NCBI GenBank assembly: GCA_945871065.1
Contig: CAMBUL010000005.1
Location: 1,011-65,010 of the forward strand
DNA length: 64,000 nucleotides
Reading direction: 5' to 3'
Origin: Chthoniobacter flavus
GTDB lineage: Bacteria > Verrucomicrobiota > Verrucomicrobiia > Chthoniobacterales > JACTMZ01
The position numbers and the translations under genes were made by a program. Numbering within the stretch: the first letter of the stretch is position 1; the number at the start of each line of letters is the position of its first letter. The notes below the pieces were generated by a model. It made no database searches. It had not been told where the DNA came from and saw only the letters and a list, made by a program, of their open reading frames with translations. Below, in pieces: positions 38,649 through 46,064 of the stretch.

Positions 38649-39749
38649 ATGAGTTCTTCCCGCCCCCTTTGGCGTGACGAGTGGCCCTTGCTCATTGTCT
38701 GGGCCTCCGCACTGGCTTGGTTGCTGCAGGGCAAGGCCTGGATCGACGGTCTCTCCTCCCTTCTCGGCGCCGCTGGTTTCCTCATTTGGGTCTGTCTGGC
38801 CATTTTACTCTCCGCTTTCGCGGTGGTGCGACATGCCGACGTTCTCGCCGAGCGTTTCGGCGAACCTTACGGCACGATGATCCTCACCTTCGCCGTGATC
38901 AGCCTCGAGGTCTTCATGATCTCCGCCCTCATGCTGGAGGGTGGACAGCCCACTTTGGCGCGCGACACGATGTATTCGGTCATCATGATCGTTCTGGCCG
39001 GGCTGGTCGGTATTTGTCTCCTGCTTGGCGGGATCAAATTCCACGAGCAGTCCTTCAACCTGCGTGGCGCCAGTTCTTATCTCTCCATGATCATCCCTTT
39101 GGCTGCCATCGGGCTCGTCCTCCCCGATTTCACCCGATCGTCACCATACCAGGTATTTTCTCCGCCGCACGCCATGGCGCTGGTCATTCTTTCCGTCGCC
39201 ATCTACTCCGTCTTTCTTCTCATGCAAACGAGCCGCTACCGCGGTTTTTTCACCGTTCCCGCCGAGACGGAAGGACTGCACCCGCACGTCGAATCTTCAC
39301 GCTCCAACTTTCTCCACGCTGCGTTGCTCGTCATCTACATGATCCCCGTGGTCCTTCTCGCCAAAAAGTTGGCCGGCGTTCTCGACTTCACCACGGAGGC
39401 CAGCGGTTTGCCCGTCGCCTTTGGGGGCCTGATTGTCGCCACCCTCATCCTCGCCCCCGAAGGCCTCTCCGCGATACAATCCGCGCTTAACAACCAACTG
39501 CAGCGCTCGGTCAACATTCTCCTCGGCTCGGTTCTGGCCACCATCGGCCTGACCATTCCTGCTGCCCTGGCTATTGGGCTTTTCACCGGACAAGAAGTCA
39601 CCCTCGGCCTCGCGCCGGCCGAAGTCACCATGCTTTTGATCATCCTCGCCGTTTCCATGCTCACCTTCGGCCAGGGACGAACCAACATGCTGCAAGGTGC
39701 CGTCCACCTGCTCGTCTTCGGAGTTTATCTGTTCCTGATCTTCGATTGA
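38649..39749 (+). CDS. chaA: calcium/proton antiporter (ChaA-like, CaCA family)
   Basis: 366 aa, about 11 TM segments, with two alpha-repeat-like regions (GTMILTFAVISLEVFMISALM and GGLIVATLILAPEGLSAI). Confidence 0.7.
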   Translation: MSSSRPLWRDEWPLLIVWASALAWLLQGKAWIDGLSSLLGAAGFLIWVCLAILLSAFAVVRHADVLAERFGEPYGTMILTFAVISLEVFMISALMLEGGQPTLARDTMYSVIMIVLAGLVGICLLLGGIKFHEQSFNLRGASSYLSMIIPLAAIGLVLPDFTRSSPYQVFSPPHAMALVILSVAIYSVFLLMQTSRYRGFFTVPAETEGLHPHVESSRSNFLHAALLVIYMIPVVLLAKKLAGVLDFTTEASGLPVAFGGLIVATLILAPEGLSAIQSALNNQLQRSVNILLGSVLATIGLTIPAALAIGLFTGQEVTLGLAPAEVTMLLIILAVSMLTFGQGRTNMLQGAVHLLVFGVYLFLIFD

Positions 39750-39756
39750 TCCGGGC

Positions 39757-39790
39757 AAAAAAAAAGACGCCCCGTAGGGCGTCTTGCATT
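39757..39790. terminator. bidirectional intrinsic terminator between convergent genes
   Basis: 9-bp stem AAGACGCCC (39764-39772) / GGGCGTCTT (39777-39785) with loop CGTA. It is flanked by A9 on the left (a T9 run for the minus-strand transcript) and TTGCATTTT on the right. Confidence 0.7.
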
Positions 39791-39821
39791 TTGGCTGCGG
39801 CGCCAAACCGGCGCCGGTGCC

Positions 39822-40295
39822 TCAAACCACCAGAAGCGATTTATGAATCTTGGCGACGATCTTGTGGATCTGACGATTGTGTCCGTCGGAAACAAGGGGC
39901 TTGTGTCCGTCCCCGGGAAACAAAAAGACGAACAGACCATCCCGCATGGCAAGCAAAGCATCAGCCGCCGCCGGGGCATAGAATTGCAAATCCGCGGCCA
40001 CGTCATAGGCAGCATCCGCACTCAGCTTCTCCGCCGGTGCCCACTCGATCACCTCGCCGCCGCCCAGGATGTATTGCAGGTCGACATATTCCCGGTGCGT
40101 CTCCCACTTGAAACTCTCGCGGGCCCCCGTCTCCCGGCGGAGCACTCTGACGAAAAGTTTGTCGCCGGCAAACTCCACTCTGGTGTCGCCTCCGACATCG
40201 CGGCAATTCCGCAGCCAGGCAAACAGCGGCGCCGGGTCCACACCACGGAAGAGCGGGGCGTAGTGAGGAAGATTGTTATGCGTGTCGAGGATCAT
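39822..40295 (-). CDS. YhcH/YjgK/YiaL family (DUF386) protein
   Basis: The internal ATG at 40295 gives a 157-aa protein (MILDTHNNLPHYAPLF...HREYVDLQYILGGGEVIEWA...PGDGHKP) typical of this cupin-like family. Confidence 0.65.
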   Translation of the reverse strand: MILDTHNNLPHYAPLFRGVDPAPLFAWLRNCRDVGGDTRVEFAGDKLFVRVLRRETGARESFKWETHREYVDLQYILGGGEVIEWAPAEKLSADAAYDVAADLQFYAPAAADALLAMRDGLFVFLFPGDGHKPLVSDGHNRQIHKIVAKIHKSLLVV

Positions 40296-40302
40296 AAAAT
40301 AG

Positions 40303-40722
40303 TCAGAACTGTCGCTCGGGATGATGCTTCCGCACCGTGTCGAGGACATGCCAATAGCTTGTCCGGCTCGCCGGTTTGATTTGCAGCCGGTCACGACCGA
40401 TCATCCGGGCGACAGCTGCCAGCGGCGTCACGACCAGAAAGTAAACCGCGGCCAGGGCAAGGTGCCCGATGGTCCAGGACACGGCATAAACAAAGCCCAT
40501 CCAAAGGAGATAAGCCGGCAGGCCGGCTTTCGATCCGGTCACACCAGTCAAAAAAGCGAAAGCCCCGAAGCCCCAAAGAAACTTTGCCAATCCTTCGCCG
40601 CCGCGGAAAATACCCCACTCAAGAAAATAAAATAGCGAACCGACCAGGCCTAGAGCCGCCGCCAGAAGAACAGCCCACTGCCGCATCTCCCGCGGCGAAG
40701 GACTCCAATTGATGATGATCAT
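40303..40722 (-). CDS. SxtJ-like small membrane protein
   Basis: 139 aa with 3-4 TM segments, positioned after a carbamoyltransferase and a DUF5989-type gene, as in sxtI-sxtJ-sxtK-like triads. The family call comes from context and general resemblance. Confidence 0.5.
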   Translation of the reverse strand: MIIINWSPSPREMRQWAVLLAAALGLVGSLFYFLEWGIFRGGEGLAKFLWGFGAFAFLTGVTGSKAGLPAYLLWMGFVYAVSWTIGHLALAAVYFLVVTPLAAVARMIGRDRLQIKPASRTSYWHVLDTVRKHHPERQF

Positions 40723-40764
40723 AATCTCCAGTTCACCGCTGCGTTCACCGAGACCCGCTTTTTC

Positions 40765-40923
40765 TTAAAACAGGGTGTAAATGAAAGGCGCTGCTTTTGT
40801 CCCACCAAGGATGATCAACGCACCGACGAGCAGCAGGACAATGATGATGGGGGCGATAAAATACGCTTTATTCGACAGGATGAAATCGAACAACTCGGCA
40901 ATAAAGGAGCGGCGACGGGCCAT
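40765..40923 (-). CDS. DUF5989 / SxtK-like small membrane protein
   Basis: The internal ATG at 40923 gives 52 aa (MARRRSFIAELFDFILSNKAYFIAPIIIVLLLVGALIILGGTKAAPFIYTLF) with the characteristic single TM and PFIYTLF C-terminus. Confidence 0.6.
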   Translation of the reverse strand: MARRRSFIAELFDFILSNKAYFIAPIIIVLLLVGALIILGGTKAAPFIYTLF

Positions 40924-41031
40924 GTTCGGGGAAGTGTTCAGTTTTCGGTATCGGGTGTCCAGTACACGATGAACTATCGGCGCTGAGATGCCTGCGGTGG
41001 TTGCCACGCCAACCCCTTCTCCCCTCGCCAC

Positions 41032-42858
41032 TCAGTCGCGGGCCAGAAACCGACGCCGATACTCCTCTGCTCCCGGCATCCTGGGTTGCCCGTCTTTCCT
41101 CATCAAGCAATCGCCGACCACAAGGACATCCATGTCCGTGAACATGAAACAACGGTAGGCATCACCCGGGGAATGCACGATCGGCTCACCGCGGATGTTG
41201 AAACTTGTGTTAACCAGCAGGGGGCAGCCGGTGCGACGCTCGAAGGCGCTGAGAATGGCGTGGAAGCGGGGGGAGCGGTCCGCGCTGACCGTTTGCACCC
41301 GGGCTGAATGGTCGACGTGAGTGACGGCCGGAATATCGCTGCGCGCCGCTTTGAGCCTTTCGAAACCGTGGAGTTTGTCGTTTTCCGGGGCAAGACGCGC
41401 ACGCCGGTCCGGGCGGACCTGCGCGACAAGGAGCATGTAGGGACTCTCCGCGGTCATCTCGAAATACCCGGACTGGCGGCCTTCCAGCACCGCGGGGGCA
41501 AAGGGACGGAATGACTCTCGGAATTTGATGGCCAGATTCATGCGCCTTTGCATATCCGGATCGCGCGGATCACCGAGCAGAGAACGATGACCGAGTGCGC
41601 GGGGACCGAATTCCGCGCGACCGGAGAAGTGACCCACGATCTTCCCCTGAGCCAACTCGGCCGCGATTTCTTCGGCCAGATCTTCCTCCTTGGCATAAAC
41701 CTCGTAGGCCGCGTGCACGGCATCGAGTTCCTCCCGCACCGCTCGTGAGGTGAATTCCGGCCCGAGATACGACCCCCGCTGGGAATCCTCCCGCTTGGGG
41801 CGGCGTGGATTATCCTGCACTTGGTACCAGCACCACAATGCGGCACCAAGTGCTCCTCCGGCATCGCCGGCCGCCGGCTGGATCCAGATGTTCTCAAAAA
41901 GCTCTTCACGGAGAAGGCGGCCATTGGCGACGCAATTAAGGGCGACTCCACCGGCCAGACAAAGATTCTGCAACCCGGTCGCGCGGCGGACATGACCCGC
42001 CATCTTGAGGACAACATCTTCGGTCACCACCTGTATGCTCGCCGCCACATCCATGTGGCGCTGAGCCAACTTTTCGTCCGGCTTCCGGGGCGGCCCGCCG
42101 AAAAGCGCGTGAAAGCGGGCATTGGTCATGGTCAGGCCCTCGCAATAATTAAAAAACCGCTGGTCCAACCGGAAAGAACCATCGTCCTTGATCTCGATGA
42201 GATGCTCGCGAATCAGGTCGGCAAAGCGCGGTTCGCCATAAGGAGCAAGGCCCATGAGTTTGTACTCACCCGAATTGATCTGGAATCCGCAATAAGAGGT
42301 GAAAGCGCTGTAGAGCAGCCCGAGAGAATGGGGAAAGCGGATTTCAGCGCGCAGTTCAATCCTGTTGCCCCGCCCGACCCCCCAGCTGGTCGTCGTCCAC
42401 TCCCCCACCCCATCCATCGTGAGAATGGCTGCCTCCTCGAACGGGCTGGGAAAAAAGGCGCTCGCCGCGTGCGCCTCGTGGTGGCTGCTGAAATAAATTG
42501 GGCCCGCGTAGTCGCCGCCCAAACCCTTGTCGATTTCTCGCGGCAGGTGCAGCTTGGTTTGCAACCACTGCGGCATGGCCCGAAAAAAGGAGAGGAGCCC
42601 GCGGGGGGCAACGGCGAGGTAAGTCTCGAGCAAGCGCTCGAACTTCAGCAATGGCTTCTCGTAGAAAACCACCGCATCCAAATCACCGTTCGTGATTCCG
42701 CCGGCTTCGAGGCAATAGCGAACCGCGCTTTCCGGAAACCGCTCATCGTGCTTCTTCCGCGTAAATCGTTCCTCTTGAGCTGCGGCCACAATCTCCCCGT
42801 CGCGCACCAGCGCGGCCGCGCTGTCGTGGTAGAAGGCGGAAATACCGAGGATATTCAT
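41032..42858 (-). CDS. carbamoyltransferase (NodU/CmcH family)
   Basis: The internal ATG at 42858 gives MNILGISAFYHDSAAALVRDGEIVAAAQEERFTRKKHD, the hallmark N-terminus. About 608 aa with the C-terminal YrdC-like-less carbamoyltransferase domain (NTSFNIRGEPIV). Confidence 0.85.
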   Translation of the reverse strand: MNILGISAFYHDSAAALVRDGEIVAAAQEERFTRKKHDERFPESAVRYCLEAGGITNGDLDAVVFYEKPLLKFERLLETYLAVAPRGLLSFFRAMPQWLQTKLHLPREIDKGLGGDYAGPIYFSSHHEAHAASAFFPSPFEEAAILTMDGVGEWTTTSWGVGRGNRIELRAEIRFPHSLGLLYSAFTSYCGFQINSGEYKLMGLAPYGEPRFADLIREHLIEIKDDGSFRLDQRFFNYCEGLTMTNARFHALFGGPPRKPDEKLAQRHMDVAASIQVVTEDVVLKMAGHVRRATGLQNLCLAGGVALNCVANGRLLREELFENIWIQPAAGDAGGALGAALWCWYQVQDNPRRPKREDSQRGSYLGPEFTSRAVREELDAVHAAYEVYAKEEDLAEEIAAELAQGKIVGHFSGRAEFGPRALGHRSLLGDPRDPDMQRRMNLAIKFRESFRPFAPAVLEGRQSGYFEMTAESPYMLLVAQVRPDRRARLAPENDKLHGFERLKAARSDIPAVTHVDHSARVQTVSADRSPRFHAILSAFERRTGCPLLVNTSFNIRGEPIVHSPGDAYRCFMFTDMDVLVVGDCLMRKDGQPRMPGAEEYRRRFLARD

Positions 42859-42960
42859 CAGATAGCAAAAATAGAGAGGGCCGGAAAACCGCGGCAAATC
42901 TACGGACAACCCTTCATCCGGGAGATTCTTTGCGGCCTGCCGGCCCCTTGGGTTGCCAAA

Positions 42961-43827
42961 TTACTCCACGATGCGGCGCAGATACTGCCCGTAGAAAGAC
43001 TTACCGAAACGGTTAGCGCGTGCGGCCAGCTGGTCTTTGCTCAGCCACCCCTGATGGAACGCGATCTCCTCCAAGCAGGCGATCATCAGGCCCTGGCGCG
43101 ACTGGATAGCATGAACGAACGACGCGGCATCGAGCAACGACTCGGCCGTGCCTGTGTCCAGCCACGCTGTGCCACGGCCGAATTTCTCCGCGCGCAGTGA
43201 TCCTTCATCCAAGTAGCAGCGGGCGAGCTCGAGAATTTCGGTTTCACCTCGATTCGACGGCTTGAGCGATGCGGCAAACTCCGGCGCACGACCGTCGAAA
43301 AAGTAAATTCCCGGCACGGCGTAGCCGGACCGGGGATGCGGCGGCTTCTCCTCGAGCGAGAGGACCTTGCCGGCGTCATCCAGTTCGATCACCCCGTAGG
43401 CCCGCACGTCGGACACATGGTAAGCGAAAAGAGTCCCGCCTTGCGCCGCGGCAGCCGACTTGACGCTTTCGCTCAGTCGCGCGCCATAGAAAAGATTGTC
43501 GCCCAAGACCAAACAGGAAGGAGAACCGGCGAGGAATTCCTCCCCGATAGCGAAGGCTTGGGGCAGCCCCTCCGGCTTGGCCTGCTCAGCGTAGGTGAAC
43601 TCGACGCCGAAGGCCGAGCCATCACCGAGCAATTCTTTGAAGCGCGGCAAATCCCGCGGCGTCGAAATGACCAGAATTTCCCGCATCCCGCCGAGCATGA
43701 GCACGCTCAATGGGTAGTAGATCATCGGCTTGTCGAATACCGGGAGAAGTTGCTTGGAGATGGAGGAAGTGCACGGGTGCAACCGCGTGCCACTGCCCCC
43801 GGCCAGAACGATTCCTTTGCGTTTCAT
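42961..43827 (-). CDS. rfbA: glucose-1-phosphate thymidylyltransferase
   Basis: 288 aa with KGIVLAGGSGTRLHPCTSSISKQLLPVFDKPMIYYPLSVLMLGG. Confidence 0.9.
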   Translation of the reverse strand: MKRKGIVLAGGSGTRLHPCTSSISKQLLPVFDKPMIYYPLSVLMLGGMREILVISTPRDLPRFKELLGDGSAFGVEFTYAEQAKPEGLPQAFAIGEEFLAGSPSCLVLGDNLFYGARLSESVKSAAAAQGGTLFAYHVSDVRAYGVIELDDAGKVLSLEEKPPHPRSGYAVPGIYFFDGRAPEFAASLKPSNRGETEILELARCYLDEGSLRAEKFGRGTAWLDTGTAESLLDAASFVHAIQSRQGLMIACLEEIAFHQGWLSKDQLAARANRFGKSFYGQYLRRIVE

Positions 43828-43880
43828 TTCTCTAAGTTTTCCGTGGTTCAGTGTTCAGTTTTCAGCCAAGCAACTTCTGG

Positions 43881-43904
43881 AGGGCGAGCGTCCCCGCGAG
43901 CCGC
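43881..43904. repeat. 24-nt direct repeat, copy 1 (AGGGCGAGCGTCCCCGCGAGCCGC)
   Basis: Identical to 44598-44621. Extending to 43877/44594 gives 27 of 28 matches. Confidence 0.9.
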
Positions 43905-43916
43905 GACACGAGTTCA

Positions 43917-44318
43917 TCATAGCAACTTGTATGCCGCCACCGAAAGACCGGGCACCGCGGTAAAATGCGCCGGGTTTCGCGTCAAGACCGGCGCGTCCAG
44001 CACCGAGGCGGACGCCGCGATCCACAGATCAGGATAGTCGGGGGCTCTGCCCTTCCGGGCCATGGTCACCCAAAGATCGCAGTAGCGATCGATAGTGCGT
44101 TGATCCAGCGCCAAGCGGAGGAAGCCGCGGTAAAAAGATTCGAGAGCTTCCCGGCCGACGCCTTTGTGCAGCGCCCCGCGAGAAAACTCGGCTTCCGTGA
44201 TCCAAGGCACCACCAACGATGCGCCCCGCGCCTTGCGCACCAGCTCCTCCAACCGCTGCGGCGTCCGGCGATGACGCCACAGGTCGATCAGCACGGTGGT
44301 GTCAGCAATCAGGTCCAC
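43917..44318 (-). CDS. vapC: type II toxin VapC (PIN domain ribonuclease)
   Basis: 133 aa with PIN acidic residues in MDLIADTTVLIDLW... and a C-terminal ...LTRNPAHF. It overlaps the upstream antitoxin gene by 10 nt. Confidence 0.8.
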   Translation of the reverse strand: MDLIADTTVLIDLWRHRRTPQRLEELVRKARGASLVVPWITEAEFSRGALHKGVGREALESFYRGFLRLALDQRTIDRYCDLWVTMARKGRAPDYPDLWIAASASVLDAPVLTRNPAHFTAVPGLSVAAYKLL

Positions 44319-44533
44319 GCCGAAGGAATGTGTTGCCGCCCGGCATTGAGAGCCTGCTCGAGATCGTCGAAATCGGTGGCGGACATGGAAGGCAATTTTT
44401 CGGCCGCCTCGAAAGCCGCCTCGATCGTCCCCTTGGGCGGGATCATCCGCTCGATCACTTCAGAAAAGGTCCTCCCGTCCTTCCAAGAAGCCAGCCTGTG
44501 GTAGGCACTTTCAGTCAGAGAAATCGTCTTCAT
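44309..44533 (-). CDS. vapB: VapB-type antitoxin (PF02697-like, MKTISL..SAYHRL..SFSEVI pattern)
   Basis: Internal ATG at 44533. The 74-aa product MKTISLTESAYHRLASWKDGRTFSEVIERMI... lies immediately upstream of and overlapping vapC. Confidence 0.65.
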   Translation of the reverse strand: MKTISLTESAYHRLASWKDGRTFSEVIERMIPPKGTIEAAFEAAEKLPSMSATDFDDLEQALNAGRQHIPSAWT

Positions 44534-44597
44534 CTGTGTGACACAGAACACAAAACACAGCCTGCGTCAATCCAAAGCGGCTCTCAAACTCCCCTGT

Positions 44598-44621
44598 AGG
44601 GCGAGCGTCCCCGCGAGCCGC
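44598..44621. repeat. 24-nt direct repeat, copy 2
   Basis: Identical to 43881-43904. Confidence 0.9.
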
Positions 44622-44723
44622 CTGATCTGCAGCCTTTGGTTCTGATCGATTGCGCCTCCACCCTCTGCAGAGCCGACAAAAGCCGCAGACCATTTGTCGG
44701 CGAGCGAAACAGGTGCAACGTCT

Positions 44724-44870
44724 CTTACACGCTTCGCCACTCGCTCAATGGCATCATAATCACAGGTTCTGCTCCCCAGCGGGAAACCACAACAGGCTGC
44801 CCCTCTTCAGCAACCATGTCCGAAAGCCGGTCAAAGCTGCTGGTATTTTCCGCGTATGAAAATTTTTTCA
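44724..44870 (-). pseudogene. Phd/YefM-like antitoxin remnant (48 codons, GTG start, no cognate toxin)
   Basis: Hand translation of the minus strand gives VKKFSYAENTSSFDRLSDMVAEEGQPVVVSRWGAEPVIMMPLSEWRSV*. It resembles the N-terminal half of Phd/YefM antitoxins and is below the 60-aa cutoff of the ORF track. Confidence 0.35.
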
Positions 44871-45018
44871 CGAACTGGCGAGCTGAATCAGAAATTTTTG
44901 ACCACAGATATCACGAATGTCACTGATGGTAAGAACAAACTCTGGTTCCACTCTTCCAACCCCCGTCTGACACCATTCGTGCAATCAGTGTCATACGTGG
45001 TCAACTTCATCTGACCAC

Positions 45019-45561
45019 TCAAAGATACTCCGCCATCTCGTAAAGCTGCGGATCCCGCCGCGGCGGCAGCCGGCGACGCAAGGCCCCCGCGGCGCCTTTT
45101 TCTCCCTCGCCCTTCCCCATCCCGAAATCCCCCATCGAATCCTCGTCGAGCACATCGCCGTATTCCGCTTCGAGCTTTTCCGGATCCTCGCCTTTTTCCA
45201 TGCGCGCCAGCATTTCAAGCATCGGCTCGGGCATTTTTTCGCCGGTGATGTCCATCATCTTGCGCATCATGCGCCCCAGTGCGCGCGGGTCCGGATTTTC
45301 CTCATCCATACCGGACATTTCGCCGGCCAGCTTCATCATTTCCGCTTCCTGCCGCGGATCGAGATCCGGCATGCCTTCGCCACCGGGTTCCTCTGTCTTT
45401 TCTTTGGCCCGTCCCGTGATGGCAAATGGTGAGAGCACACGATCCATCTTTTGCCCTTCACCCTCGGGACAGCGCGGCACGACATCCGGACCGACCAGCT
45501 TGCGAGCGTAGAAGCTATAAATCTTGTGCGTATCAGCGGAGTAATATTCGTAAATGGGCAT
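45019..45561 (-). CDS. hypothetical acidic Met/Glu-rich protein with a degenerate FmdB-type zinc-ribbon N-terminus
   Basis: MPIYEYYSADTHKIYSFY...PRCPEGEG resembles the MPxYEYxCxxCG start of the FmdB family, but the first Cys pair is missing. The rest is low-complexity. Confidence 0.4.
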   Translation of the reverse strand: MPIYEYYSADTHKIYSFYARKLVGPDVVPRCPEGEGQKMDRVLSPFAITGRAKEKTEEPGGEGMPDLDPRQEAEMMKLAGEMSGMDEENPDPRALGRMMRKMMDITGEKMPEPMLEMLARMEKGEDPEKLEAEYGDVLDEDSMGDFGMGKGEGEKGAAGALRRRLPPRRDPQLYEMAEYL

Positions 45562-45570
45562 GGGGACGAC

Positions 45571-45663
45571 TAGGGATGTAGGAGGAGACCTGAAACCTGA
45601 GTGATATTGCAGCGGCCGGAGGCCGATAACTTCTTACTCAAGTCTCCGACTCAAGTTTCAGCC
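45571..45663. repeat. ~90-nt intergenic repeat element, copy A
   Basis: Colinear with 55201-55290. Matching blocks are AGGGATG.AGG; GAGACCTGAAAC.TG.GT (16 of 19); a central GC hairpin; and a 26-nt block ACTCAAG.CTC..ACTCAAGT.TCA (21 of 26). Confidence 0.7.
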
Positions 45664-46029
45664 TTGGTTCCTTTGTTTCGTGTTCTTCGACATCGTGACA
45701 AAGATTCGAATCAGCTCATCGGCTTCAGTCCAGACTTTTTCGAGTTCGTCTGAATTCAGCCCGCAATCGTCCCGGAGCAATTCCAGCCAATACTGCGTCT
45801 CGTCGGCCTCTTGGGCGCACAACTCGATCTTGGCAACAAACTCGCTGTCGCTGCGCGCTTTCGAGGCCTCACGGTAATTCGCTCCGACCGAGGTCCCAGC
45901 TCGAAGCATCTGCTTGCCCAGAACGCGCAGTTCCTCCCTCTTTTTATCAAGCGAAACAAAGAACCGCACGACCGAACCCCCGAACCGTTTGGTACGGACC
46001 CGCATTTCATCACTTTTAGACGCGCTCAA
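45658..46029 (-). CDS. four-helix-bundle protein (23S rRNA intervening-sequence protein / Avd-like family, TIGR02436-type)
   Basis: GKQMLRAGTSVGANYREASKARSDSEFVAKIELCAQEADETQYWLELL matches the family signature. The start may instead be the M at 46005. Confidence 0.8.
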   Translation of the reverse strand: MSASKSDEMRVRTKRFGGSVVRFFVSLDKKREELRVLGKQMLRAGTSVGANYREASKARSDSEFVAKIELCAQEADETQYWLELLRDDCGLNSDELEKVWTEADELIRIFVTMSKNTKQRNQG

Positions 46030-46038
46030 CTGCCTTGC

Positions 46039-46064
46039 ACTCAGCTTTCCGACTCAAGTCTCCG
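46039..46064. repeat. 26-nt block of the intergenic repeat, partial copy C
   Basis: ACTCAGCTTTCCGACTCAAGTCTCCG matches 45636-45661 at 21 of 26 positions and overlaps the rmlB stop codon. Confidence 0.6.

Noticed and set aside
40303-42858. A saxitoxin-type biosynthetic cluster, because of the sxtI/J/K-like genes.
   Set aside because: Only the carbamoyltransferase triad is present. No SxtA-type PKS, amidinotransferase, cyclase or dioxygenase genes are present, and the context is sugar and glycan metabolism.
43877-44621. A CRISPR array or integron cassette array (attC sites) as the explanation for the repeats around VapBC and the other small cassettes.
   Set aside because: There are only two copies of the 24-mer, spaced 717 nt apart, with genes between them and no cas genes. 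No integron integrase, no GTTRRRY/RYYYAAC core pair and no attC-like imperfect palindrome could be read at the junctions.
44636-44926. Plus-strand 96-aa ORF in the accessory region.
   Set aside because: It runs opposite to all neighbouring genes and has no motifs. It overlaps the minus-strand Phd/YefM-like reading frame, which gives a more meaningful translation.
45658-46029. A diversity-generating retroelement, suggested by the Avd-like four-helix-bundle gene.
   Set aside because: No reverse transcriptase ORF and no template/variable repeat pair is visible within the window. The gene is treated as an orphan family member.
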